A DNA stretch of 64,000 nt from Planctomycetota bacterium (GCA_052034525.1 JBPOIK010000079.1:6579-70578); one strand, 5' to 3'. Positions 53,477 through 63,000 are shown, counted from the stretch's first letter. The notes: generated by a model not told the origin, from the sequence alone. Numbers and translations: made by a program.

Positions 53477-54691
53477 TCAGCCGCACAGCATGCTGGGGGG
53501 GGCGGCCAGAAACCGCAAAGCCACACCACAGTACATGGCCATCGCCGTCGGCAGCGCGGCATCGTTGAAATCATAAGCCGAGTTGTGGATTGTCGGCCAG
53601 TCGGGGGCGGTCTGTGGACGAACGCCGACACGAAAGAACACACCGGGCACCCGCTGACAATAGTACGCGAAGTCCTCGCCGCCCATGCTCGGAGCGTGGG
53701 TATCGCAGACACAATCGGGGCCCAGCAGTTCACGGCCGACTTCATGCACCACCCTGGCGCACCGGGCGTCGTTGATTACAGGCGGATACGCATCCACCAG
53801 ATCGAATTGTACGTCGACATCGAACATCTCGGCCACGGCGCGCGCTGTCTGCTGAACCTGCGTCCAGGCAGACTCCAGGGCCGCGGCGTCCAAAGCTCGA
53901 ATGGTTCCCTTCGCAACACAGACCTCCGGCAGCACGTTAAACGTCTGCCCGCCGGAGACTTGGCACACAGAGATCACCAGGGGGGTGAGCGGGTCGATCC
54001 TTCGCGTGCGGATCGCCTGAATGGCCGTAACGATCTGGCACGCCGCGGCGATCACGTCGCCCCCTCGGTGCGGATAGGCCGCGTGCGTTCCCTGGCCGCG
54101 CAGCGTCAGCTCGAAGGTTCGCGTGCCCGCCATGACCGGGCCGGCCGCCACGGCGACATGCCCCAGCTCCAGGTCCGACCAGCCGTGAAGGCCGAAAATG
54201 GCGTCAACCTTGGGGTGGTCCAAGACGCCTTCCTCGATCAGGCGTGCGGCGCCGCCGCCGGCCTCTTCCGCCGGCTGGAAGATGAACTTCACAGCGCCGG
54301 GGAGCTGGTCGGCCAGGCGGGACAGCACAATCGCGGCTCCCACCAGGGCGGCCGTGTGGCCGTCGTGCCCACAGGCGTGCATTTTGCCGGGCACCGTGGA
54401 GGCGTATGGCAGGCCGGTGGTCTCCTGAATGGGCAGCGCGTCCATGTCCGCGCGAAGGGCCACGCACGGGCCCGGTCGACCGGCATTGAGCAGGGCCACG
54501 ACGCCGGTGCCCGCGATCCCGCTGCGCAGCTTGAGATCCGGGATCGCTCCCAGGTGTTCCAGCACCCGTCCGGCGGTGCGGCGTTCCTCGAACGCCAACT
54601 CGGGGTGCGCATGCAGGTCTTGGCGCAGGGCTACTACCGTACCAAGAACGTCGTCGATCTGCTCCCGCAGATGCAGCAAAGTGGAGTTCAT
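53477..54691 (-). CDS. M20-family amidohydrolase (N-acyl-amino-acid amidohydrolase / hippuricase-like)
   Basis: The ATG at 54691 follows GGGAGAC and gives MNSTLLHLREQIDDVLGTVVALRQDLHAHPELAFEERRTAGRV. Motifs: ...ALRADMDALPIQE...MHACGHDGH...GGEDFAYY. Confidence 0.88.
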   Translation of the reverse strand: MNSTLLHLREQIDDVLGTVVALRQDLHAHPELAFEERRTAGRVLEHLGAIPDLKLRSGIAGTGVVALLNAGRPGPCVALRADMDALPIQETTGLPYASTVPGKMHACGHDGHTAALVGAAIVLSRLADQLPGAVKFIFQPAEEAGGGAARLIEEGVLDHPKVDAIFGLHGWSDLELGHVAVAAGPVMAGTRTFELTLRGQGTHAAYPHRGGDVIAAACQIVTAIQAIRTRRIDPLTPLVISVCQVSGGQTFNVLPEVCVAKGTIRALDAAALESAWTQVQQTARAVAEMFDVDVQFDLVDAYPPVINDARCARVVHEVGRELLGPDCVCDTHAPSMGGEDFAYYCQRVPGVFFRVGVRPQTAPDWPTIHNSAYDFNDAALPTAMAMYCGVALRFLAAPPSMLCG

Positions 54692-54970
54692 CCGTGTCTC
54701 CCTGGGCCGGCCATCCGTGCCTGGTTCTACCGTGTGCGACGGACCGGTCACCCATCCGGTAGAAATGGTACGTCCGCGATGGGATGGAAGAAAGCGACCG
54801 AAGGCAGGTTTGCGGAAGCCGACAGGCCCGAACACCGCAAGTCGGGCCGCAGTTTGACCTTCCAGACGGCCGCGGCAGGTGACGTGGAATCGTGGCGCGC
54901 CGGGCTGCAAAGGAGGGACCGTACGGTCCCCAAATGGGGTGAATACCGGGCTCGCAGACTGGTCCGGCAT

Positions 54971-54999
54971 TTGTCAGGACATTCGGCGTGTGGTATACT
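54971..54999 (+). promoter_or_regulatory. Near-consensus sigma-70 promoter with an extended -10
   Basis: TTGTCA (54971-54976), a 17-nt spacer ending in TGG, then TATACT (54994-54999). It would give a leader of about 225 nt for the sigma-factor gene at 55232. Confidence 0.55.
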
Positions 55000-55231
55000 T
55001 TATACGGTAGCAGGCTCCCCAGCGCACCACTCTCCCCTTATTGAGCGAAGGACGGTATGTACTTGTCCCTGTACCCGGGACGCGCGGAAAGGCCTTGTAT
55101 GGTCCGATAAAAAGCGGGCGCGAAAAACGCACCATTTGGGCAAAGGAACGTAGTAGATCGTAGATTGAAGCCGGGATGACGGGTCGAAATCGCTTTGGTC
55201 CGTAGGCCTCAGAGGCTGAAGGAGTTGTGAC

Positions 55232-56221
55232 ATGGCAGCCAAATCAGCCGAGCAAACCAAGCCATATGGCACGGTGGCGTACACACCCCAGGCAGTTCTG
55301 CCGGGCAAGGCGGTGCTTGCCGCTTTGAGCCCGCAGGATGTGGAACTGCTGGAGCGGCTGCTCTCGGAGCCCATCGAGTACGTGGATCATCCGCGTTTGC
55401 GCAGTCGGAACGCCGACCTGGAGTTGTTTGGAGCCAAAACGCAACTGGCCGGTGCGACGGCCACCGAATTTGTGTCGCCCGAGCCGGTGGTGGACCCATC
55501 GCTGCCGGACTCCAAAGTGCCGACATTGGACACGGAGCAGGAGCAGACGCTGTTCTTGCGGATGAACCTGGCCCGGGCCCGGATCATGGAAATCCTGAAG
55601 CAGTACCAGAACAAACGGCTGACCGCCGCGGCCGTCCGGCAGTTGCTGGGCTGGGCCAAGCGGATGCTGGACGCCCGGGCGGAAATCGCCCGGCGGAACA
55701 TTCCGCTGGTGCTCGCCATGGCCAAGCGGACGCGCCTGACCGGCATCGACTACAACGAGTTGATCAGCGAAGGCAACATGGCCCTGCTGCGCAGCGTGGA
55801 AAAATTCAACTGCGGGCTTGGGTTCAAGTTCAGCACGTATTCGTGCCGGTCCATCCTCAAGGCGTTTTCCCGGGTGGCCATGCGGGCCAGCCGGCATCGC
55901 GGGCGGTTTCCCGTGGAGTTCGACCCGGCCATCGAGAAAAGCGACTTCATCGAGCGCAAGCGGGAGGAGCACGAGAACAACTGTATTGACGAGCTGCGGT
56001 CGATTCTCATGAAAAACCTGGCCGAGCTGAACGACGTGGAGCGGACAGTGATTGACGAACGGTTCGCTCTATCGGCGACGGACCCGGCCAACGCCCATCC
56101 CAAGACGCTGGAGCAGGTGGGCCTGATGATCGGCGTGACAAAGGAGCGGGTCCGGCAGATTCAGAACCGGGCCTTGCAGAAGATCCGGCAGGTGCTGGAA
56201 GAAAGCTACCTGGCGGCCTGA
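55232..56221 (+). CDS. Sigma-70 family RNA polymerase sigma factor (divergent, group-3-like)
   Basis: Region 2: NIPLVLAMAKRTRLTGIDYNELISEGNMALLRSVEKFNCGLGFKFSTYSCRSILKAFSR. Region 4.2: TLEQVGLMIGVTKERVRQIQNRALQKIR. GAAGGAG lies upstream of the ATG. Confidence 0.85.
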   Translation: MAAKSAEQTKPYGTVAYTPQAVLPGKAVLAALSPQDVELLERLLSEPIEYVDHPRLRSRNADLELFGAKTQLAGATATEFVSPEPVVDPSLPDSKVPTLDTEQEQTLFLRMNLARARIMEILKQYQNKRLTAAAVRQLLGWAKRMLDARAEIARRNIPLVLAMAKRTRLTGIDYNELISEGNMALLRSVEKFNCGLGFKFSTYSCRSILKAFSRVAMRASRHRGRFPVEFDPAIEKSDFIERKREEHENNCIDELRSILMKNLAELNDVERTVIDERFALSATDPANAHPKTLEQVGLMIGVTKERVRQIQNRALQKIRQVLEESYLAA

Positions 56222-56281
56222 GAAGGCGCCTGAGCCACCACGCAAGCTCAAGGGGGCACGAACAAAACAAGGAACAGCCGA

Positions 56282-56316
56282 AGCGGCCTTCGCGTGTATC
56301 GCGGCGGCCGCTTTTG
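56282..56316 (+). terminator. Putative terminator after the sigma-factor gene
   Basis: AAGCGGCC ... GGCCGCTT forms an 8-bp stem with a 17-nt loop. The run continues as TTTTGCG. Confidence 0.5.
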
Positions 56317-56382
56317 CGTGGTGCGCCAGGCATGGCGTGTGACGGCGGGGAGTAAGTTTTCTGCGGGGGCGCGTACGCTGAA

Positions 56383-56490
56383 TTACGTCTGGCCGCAGGA
56401 CTGGCCGGGCATTTCCGCGTAGCGCTCGGCCAGATCGCCGGTGGACATCTGGTTCAGGGCGGCGAGTTCGGCTCCGATGTCGTTCACCAT
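56383..56490 (-). pseudogene. Truncated DUF2924-like ORF (35 codons), remnant of a serine-recombinase module
   Basis: A perfect AAGGAG lies 5 nt before the ATG at 56490. The product MVNDIGAELAALNQMSTGDLAERYAEMPGQSCGQT* resembles the N-terminus I recall for DUF2924 proteins (..L.AL..MS..EL...W.ELFG..), which are normally about 150 aa and followed by a recombinase gene. Here it stops after 35 codons and the sigma-factor gene follows about 160 nt later. Confidence 0.45.
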
Positions 56491-56504
56491 GCGGCTCCTT
56501 TCAT

Positions 56505-56726
56505 TCAGGCTTTCCGAGACGCGGCGGGTTGCGGAGCCACACGGAGCCCCGTTTCCACCGAAATATCAAGGAGCTTTCGAGACGCTTCCGAGACAGTCTG
56601 GTGGCGGCCTGAATCGGCCGTTTTGGCCAGGCGGACGCGGCGCAGAACGCCACGCGCGAGAATACTGGCGACCTCGAGCCGGCGCTCTTCGGCTGTCATG
56701 CTTTCGGGATCGGTAGTCGAGATCAT
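56505..56726 (-). CDS. Small hypothetical protein (73 aa) upstream of the DUF2924-like remnant
   Basis: The ATG at 56726 follows GGAGAG. The protein is MISTTDPESMTAEERRLEVASILARGVLRRVRLAKTADSG.... Its stop lies 14 nt before the next ORF's start. No family was recognised. Confidence 0.45.
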   Translation of the reverse strand: MISTTDPESMTAEERRLEVASILARGVLRRVRLAKTADSGRHQTVSEASRKLLDISVETGLRVAPQPAASRKA

Positions 56727-56870
56727 GGCAAGCTCTCCGGGAAAGTGTTCATGCTCCTGCCCTCTCTGGTTACCTATGCCGTCCGCCGCCGCCGCGCCCA
56801 CTTTCATTAACCACTTGATGAGGGTTATGGTTGGTCGCGTCAGAGTCACGACTATGCCGTTGGTCAGGGA

Positions 56871-57548
56871 ATGGAGGCTTCAGACATGGCGTTTGACATT
56901 ATCGAAGTCTTATCGGTTCTTGCAGCCCGCCGGCCCGTCTTCCATTCAGAAGCGGACTTCCAGCATGCACTGGCGTGGATCATCCACGAGCAAAACCTGG
57001 GCGTTGAGGTCAGGCTCGAATACAGGCCTGGCAAGCTGAAGCAGAGGACATACGTCGACATTTGGCTGGAACATGCTGATGCGACCTACGCGATTGAGTT
57101 GAAATACAAGACACGACGTCTACGGGTGACCGTGGGCCAGGAGCCGTTTGATCTGCTGGATCAGAGCGCCCAAGACCTTGGGAGATACGATTTCTGCCGG
57201 GACATCGGACGGATTGAGGCGATGGCGAGCGCCTACCCCGGCCTGACCGGGTTCGCCCTGATCTTGACGAACGACCCAACGTATTGGCGAAAGAGCGGTC
57301 GCGATGGCAACGTTGACTGCGCGTTCCGCGTGCATGAGGGGGCGAAGCTCAGCAGCACGCTCGCTTGGGCTGGTCATGCGTCAGCCGGAACCACGAAGGG
57401 CAGGATCGCTCCCATCTGTCTGCGGGGCGAGTATGTGCTGAACTGGATGCACTACTCGAAGTGCGGCGATGGGGGGAACAACGAGTTCCGAGTGGCCGTT
57501 GTGAGCATCGACCCGGTTGCGCTCGCCCCAGCGGAGACAACCACCTGA
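56871..57548 (+). CDS. PD-(D/E)xK nuclease-fold protein (restriction-endonuclease-like), unknown family
   Basis: ...FHSEADFQHALAWIIHEQNLGVEVRLEYRPGKLKQRTYVDIWLEHADATYAIELKYKTRRL. The D...E-L-K arrangement after a beta-strand is the classical PD-(D/E)xK core. The codon third positions are visibly more A/T-rich than in neighbouring genes. Confidence 0.6.
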   Translation: MEASDMAFDIIEVLSVLAARRPVFHSEADFQHALAWIIHEQNLGVEVRLEYRPGKLKQRTYVDIWLEHADATYAIELKYKTRRLRVTVGQEPFDLLDQSAQDLGRYDFCRDIGRIEAMASAYPGLTGFALILTNDPTYWRKSGRDGNVDCAFRVHEGAKLSSTLAWAGHASAGTTKGRIAPICLRGEYVLNWMHYSKCGDGGNNEFRVAVVSIDPVALAPAETTT

Positions 57549-57964
57549 TAACCCGAGCCTACGGTTCTCTCCGGCGTGGAGAGGCTCTGGGCCAAACCCG
57601 GCCAATCAGGTGGCCACCAAGAATGGTGCGGTTATCTCTGGTGGCGAATCCGAGATCCTGGCCATAGACGGTGTGGATCGTAACCCCTTTGTGGACAGAA
57701 CGTAAAAAGCGAAGACGCCGACGCCTGGGGGCATCGGCGCGTTCTGTGAACCACGGGGCCGGCGTGTTCTGCAACGGCCCGGGAAATAGCGGGGGCACGC
57801 CACGCGGTTCGCCCACGACACCGGAAACACCGCGTTTCCCGCGAAGAAACAGCCTCGGCGACCGGCGGCCGGCTGATCCTGCCGTTCCGGTGGGACACAC
57901 ACGGCATCACAGACGAAGGTGAGGCGCTGGTGGTCGCCGCCGGCGGCGGACGGGAGGGCGCGAA

Positions 57965-58789
57965 GTGAGGCGACTCGCCGCACGGGCCGAGACCCTCTGC
58001 CGAGCGGTGGCGCCGGACCTGGCCGGCCGACCGGTGTACGTCGTGCTGGCCGCGGATCTGCCGGCGGAACTGCGTTGGCCGGACCGACTGGAGGGCCTCA
58101 CGACGCGGTACCTGGACCTGATTCTGCGGCCGACGCTGGAGCCGCTCGGCCGATGGCGGGGCCGTGGGCCGGCGATGGTGGTCAATCCCCAAGCGATCGC
58201 GGCCGACCTGGCCGAGCTGGGCCGGCCCGCCCGCCGCCGCTGCTTTGCACGGACCTTCCTGGGCGACGTGCTGCACGAGCTGGCGCACATCCTCGATGCC
58301 GGACTGATCGGCGGACCCGAACCGCCCGCGAGCTTGGTCACCTTCGCCGCCCTGGCCCTCAAAGCGGAACTGGACGGCGTGACCGCACCGACGAACGGCC
58401 CGAGTGCAACGATACCCTGGCGCCGTCACGAAGCCCCATTCATCCGCATCGTGCTGCACCTTGCCCACCGCGCCCGGGCGTGCGGCGCGTGGCTGTTCGC
58501 CGAGGACCTGTTCGACGCCGTCGAGTACGGCCTGTCGCCCACGCGGCGCTACGCTGCGGCGCTCGGCGACGAGCCCGGACGGCTGGCCGGCTGCGCGTTC
58601 GCCAACATCCAGGCGACGCCGCAGCCGGCGGCATTCGCGGAATTGTGGCAGGCCGACGTGCCGCGCTGGAAGTCGAAGACGGCAGCAACAGAAGAGCTTT
58701 CGAGGACGCTCGCGGCGTGCGAGCGTCGCATCCTCATCCCTCAGGGCGGTGCAGGAGGCGCCGCAAGGAGACAAGGAAGTCTATGTTGA
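57965..58789 (+). CDS. HExxH-motif protein (putative zinc metallopeptidase, SprT/ImmA-like core)
   Basis: GTG at 57965 follows GGGAGGG. The central motif is FARTFLGDVLHELAHILDAGL. A second His pair (IVLHLAHRA) lies about 60 aa downstream. Coding-like GC3 is very high throughout. Confidence 0.6.
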   Translation: MRRLAARAETLCRAVAPDLAGRPVYVVLAADLPAELRWPDRLEGLTTRYLDLILRPTLEPLGRWRGRGPAMVVNPQAIAADLAELGRPARRRCFARTFLGDVLHELAHILDAGLIGGPEPPASLVTFAALALKAELDGVTAPTNGPSATIPWRRHEAPFIRIVLHLAHRARACGAWLFAEDLFDAVEYGLSPTRRYAAALGDEPGRLAGCAFANIQATPQPAAFAELWQADVPRWKSKTAATEELSRTLAACERRILIPQGGAGGAARRQGSLC

Positions 58790-59472
58790 CCGAACTGCTG
58801 AGCGAACTGGAGACACGGAAGAAGGGCCGGGAGGCCGACTTCTGGGCGACGGTCCGGAAGCTGGCGGCCGGCGAGAGGGTCGCGCCCGCCGCGGTCGAGC
58901 GGCTGCTGGCCGATTGCGGCCGGACGCCGGCGGACCTGAAGGCAGCCGTGGAGCGGATGCAACAGCGACAGCAGTGGTTCGCGGTGGTCGCCGGCGTGGG
59001 TGCCCTGGAACAGGAGCGGACCGAGCTCCGCGAGCGAATGCTCGCCGAGGACCGCAAGCTGGAGGAGGCCGAGCAGGCCCACACCGACGCGACGCTGCCG
59101 CTGCACGCGCGGCTGGAGCAGATCCAAAGGGCGCTGTGGGAGGCCCGCGACGCCCGCCAGCGGCTCATGGACACGTGCCCGTACGCGGACCTGACGGCCG
59201 AGCTGGCGGAGGTGCTGCGGCGGATTGCCGCACTGCGGACCCGCTTGTACGAGCTGCGTCACACGGCTGGCGAGTGCGAGTCGGCGGCCAAGGCCGACCT
59301 GGAGCAGGTCGAATGCGAAGGCGGGCGGCGGGCGGACTACTGGCGGGCCCAGGCGGCAGAACACCGCCGGCGAGCAGAGGCGGCCCGGGCCGAACTGCCC
59401 GAGATCGAGCGCCAGCTCGCGAAGCTGGAACGCGAGGAGGTCGAGCTGCGGGAGCGAATGGTCCAGCCGTGA
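58783..59472 (+). CDS. Coiled-coil protein (229 aa), translationally coupled to the HExxH protein
   Basis: The ATG at 58783 follows AAGGAGACAAGGAAG and overlaps the upstream stop (ATGTTGA). The protein MLTELLSELETRKKGREADFW...LEQERTELRERMLAEDRKLEEAEQAH...ERQLAKLEREEVELRERMVQP is rich in heptad Glu/Arg/Leu. Confidence 0.65.
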   Translation: MLTELLSELETRKKGREADFWATVRKLAAGERVAPAAVERLLADCGRTPADLKAAVERMQQRQQWFAVVAGVGALEQERTELRERMLAEDRKLEEAEQAHTDATLPLHARLEQIQRALWEARDARQRLMDTCPYADLTAELAEVLRRIAALRTRLYELRHTAGECESAAKADLEQVECEGGRRADYWRAQAAEHRRRAEAARAELPEIERQLAKLEREEVELRERMVQP

Positions 59473-59844
59473 CGACCGGCCGGCCGACAGCCGTCGCATG
59501 GAGCGCCGGATGCTGCCCACGGACGCCGGCGGGATTCGACCGCGCAAGCTCGCCGCGGTAGGTCCCGCCGGCGTGGGCGCCCGCGGCAAGTCCGGCCGGT
59601 CCGCCGGGCGGGGCATCTGAAGCCAGCGCGCTGGTCAACCCCGTCTGTTCAGGGGTACGACCCTATCTGTCGGACCCATCGGGAATAATGGCAGAACCGG
59701 CGTCCATGTTCGGGGCGCCGGCCGCCTGCGACGCGGCAACAGGACAGCGTTTGACAGCAGCCTCCAACAACTATCAAATTACAGGCGTCTCTTGGCGGTG
59801 GCCGGGGGCATGTCCTCCAGCGCCCGAGCGGCGGCAGGCGGCAG

Positions 59845-60027
59845 ATGAACAGACGCATCGACAGCGTGCTGACCATCGACGAGCTTTCAGCGTATCTGAA
59901 GATCGCGAAGTCCACGCTCTACAAGCTCGCCCAGGAAGGCAAGCTTCCCGGCCAGAAGGTCGGCCGGCATTGGCGGTTCCACAGAACCGTGATTGACCGC
60001 TGGCTTGGCGACAAGAAGGCAAAGTGA
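59845..60027 (+). CDS. Excisionase-family helix-turn-helix DNA-binding protein
   Basis: MNRRIDSVLTIDELSAYLKIAKSTLYKLAQEGKLPGQKVGRHWRFHRTVIDRWL matches the excisionase/MerR-type HTH pattern (LT..E.A.YL......Y.L...G.LP..K.GR.WRF....I..WL). Confidence 0.85.
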   Translation: MNRRIDSVLTIDELSAYLKIAKSTLYKLAQEGKLPGQKVGRHWRFHRTVIDRWLGDKKAK

Positions 60028-60086
60028 TGATGGTACAGGCGACGACCGCGACCGCAAGTCCGGTAGCCACGTGTGGGTAGGACGCG

Positions 60087-63000
60087 ATGCCAAGACAGGT
60101 CATCATCGAAAACCCAGTCATCAACTCGCCATTCGACGAGCCGCAGCGACATTTCCGCTTCGATGACGAGGGCATCACCGGTATCATAGTGGAACAGCGG
60201 CGTGAGAGCGGTTGCTTCGTACCGATCGCCCCACCCCCCAGAAAGGGCAGCGGCGCGAAGCAACCGTCGTTTGACACGGAATGGACGGCCGACCGGATCG
60301 AGCCAAACCGGATGGTCAATGCGATCCGCCAGAAGGTGAAGCTCTGGCGCGAAGGCCGCTACATCGACGACACAACGTCAGTCACGGCCCGACTGCTCCA
60401 GCACTGGACGAATCCCGAGCGCTCGCGCCGGCTGTTCTTCTGCCAGATCGAGGCCCTGGAGACGCTCATCTACATCGCGGAGGTCGCCAAGAAGTACGGC
60501 GAAAACTGGATCGAGAACGACATTCGCCGCGCGAACGAGGACGCGAACCCCGGCCTGTTCCGTATCGCGTGCAAGATGGCCACGGGCAGCGGCAAGACCG
60601 TGGTCATGGCCATGCTGATCGCGTGGCAAACGCTCAACAAGATCGCCAACCCGCAGGATGCCCGCTTTACCGATAGCTTCCTGATCGTCACGCCGGGCAT
60701 CACTATCCGCGACCGCCTGCGCGTGCTTCTACCCAGCGACCCGGGCAATTACTACCGCGCGCTGGACATCGTACCGGTCGACCTGATGGACCAGCTCGGC
60801 CACGCCAAGATCGTCATCACCAACTTTCACGCCTGCAAGCGCCGCGAGAAGGTCAAGGCCGGTAAGCTAACCAAAGACATCCTCAACGGCAGCAACGCCG
60901 CCGGCAGTTCAGCGTTCACCGAGTCCGAAGGCGAGATGGTCCGCCGCGTTTGCCGCGGCCTGGGACACAAGCGCAACGTCATCGTCATCAATGACGAGGC
61001 CCACCACTGCTACCGCCATCGTGCCGGCGGCGTCGAAGAGCAGCTTACCGGCGACGACCGGAAGGAAGCCGAGAAGCGCGACGAAGCCGCCCGCATATGG
61101 ATCAGCGGCCTGGAGGCTGTTCAGCGGAAGCTCGGCATCAAGGTGGTCTACGACCTGTCGGCCACGCCGTTCTTCCTGCGCGGAAGCGGTTATCCCGAAG
61201 GCACGCTCTTTCCGTGGGTCGTCTCGGACTTCTCGCTGATCGACGCCATCGAATGCGGCATCGTGAAGGTGCCCCGCGTTCCGGTGGCCGACAACGCGAT
61301 GATCAGCGACCAGCCCACCTACCGCAACATCTGGTATCGCATCCGCGACGACCTGCCGAAAAAGGGCCGCGGCACGGCGGCGGTGTTCGGCGATCCGAGG
61401 CTCCCCGTCGTCCTGGAAGGCGCCCTCCAGAGCCTCTATGCGAACTATGAGAAGTGCTTCGACCGCTGGAAACGGAACGCCGAAGTCCACGCCGCCGGAC
61501 TGACGCCGCCGGTCTTCATTGTCGTCTGCAACAACACCAACGTCTCGAAGATGGTCTTCGACTACATCGCGGGCTGGGAGAAGCGGCTTTCCAACGAGAC
61601 AGCCGTGGCCGTCTCCGGCCGTCTGGCCCTGTTCAGCAACGTGGACGGGAGGCGCTTCATCAACCGGCCCAACACGATCCTCGTGGACAGCGAGCAACTC
61701 GAATCCGGCGAGGCGATGAGCGACGAGTTCAAGAAAATCGCCTCCGCCGAGATTGCCGAATTCAAAGCCGAATACCGACAGCGCTTCCCCGACCGCGACG
61801 TGGAGAAGCTCACCGACGAAGATCTGCTCCGCGAGGTGATGAACACCATCGGCAAGCCGGGCAAGCTCGGCGAGCATGTCCGCTGCGTGGTGTCCGTCTC
61901 CATGCTCACCGAGGGTTGGGATGCGAACACCGTGACCCACATCCTCGGCGTACGGGCCTTCGGCACGCAGCTTCTTTGCGAGCAGGTCGTCGGTCGCGGC
62001 CTGCGCCGGATGAGCTACAGCGCCGTCCCGCACACGATCGAATTGCCCGGCCAGCGCGGCACCCGCACCTTCGACGCCTTCCCCGTCGAATACGCCGAGG
62101 TCTACGGCGTGCCGTTCTCGTTCCTTCCATGCAGCGGCTCGACGATCGACCCGAAACCCGGGCCGATTCCCACGCGCGTCCGCGCGCTCGAAGAGCGCAT
62201 CGCCTGTGAGATCGCCTTTCCGCGCATCGACGGCTACCGCTACGAACTGCCGGCCGAGCGCCTGACGGCGGAGTTCTCCGCCGACTCGAAGATGGCGCTG
62301 ACCACCGCCGACGTGCCCACCAAGGTCGAGTGCGATCCTATCGTGGGCGAAAGAGCCATCCATACGCTGGACGATCTGAAACGCCGCCGCGAGCAGGAAG
62401 TCGTTTTCGTCATCGCCCGCCGCGTCCTGGAGCAGTACTTCCGTGACGACGACGGCAACCCGAAGGTGTGGGTCTTCCCGGACCTCGTGGCCATCACCCG
62501 CCGCTGGCTGTCCGAGTGCCTCACGCTCAAGGACAACACCTTCCCCCAGCTTCTGCTGCTGGTCGAGAACAGCCACCAGGCCGCCGACCGCATCTACCAG
62601 GCCGTCCTCGCGGCCGATGGGGGGCAGAAGCGCCTGCTGCCCATCCCCAAACCTTACGACACCGTCGGCAGCACGCGCCACGTGGACTTCGACACGACGC
62701 GCCCGGTCTACCGCACCGACCCGCGCAAGTGCCATGTCTCCCACGTCGTGGCCGACACGGAGAGCTGGGAGCAGAAGATGGCCCAGGCACTGGAGGAAAT
62801 GCCGGAAGTTCTCTGCTACGTCAAGAACCACAACCTCGGCTTCCTGATCCCCTACACCATCGGCGGCGACCAGCGAAACTACATGCCCGACTTCCTGGTC
62901 CGGGTCGATGACGGCCGCGGCCCAACGGACCCACTGAATTTGATTATCGAGGTCAGCGGCGAGCGCGACGCCGACAAAGCCGCCAAGGTCGCCACGGCCC

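Noticed and set aside
57559-57900. A 113-aa minus-strand ORF in the island gap (...GVTIHTVYGQDLGFATRDNRTILGGHLIG...).
   Set aside because: It shows mixed third-position composition, an Arg/Pro-rich N-terminal half, and no start context or recognisable family. It could be a decayed fragment, so it is recorded under the gap finding instead.
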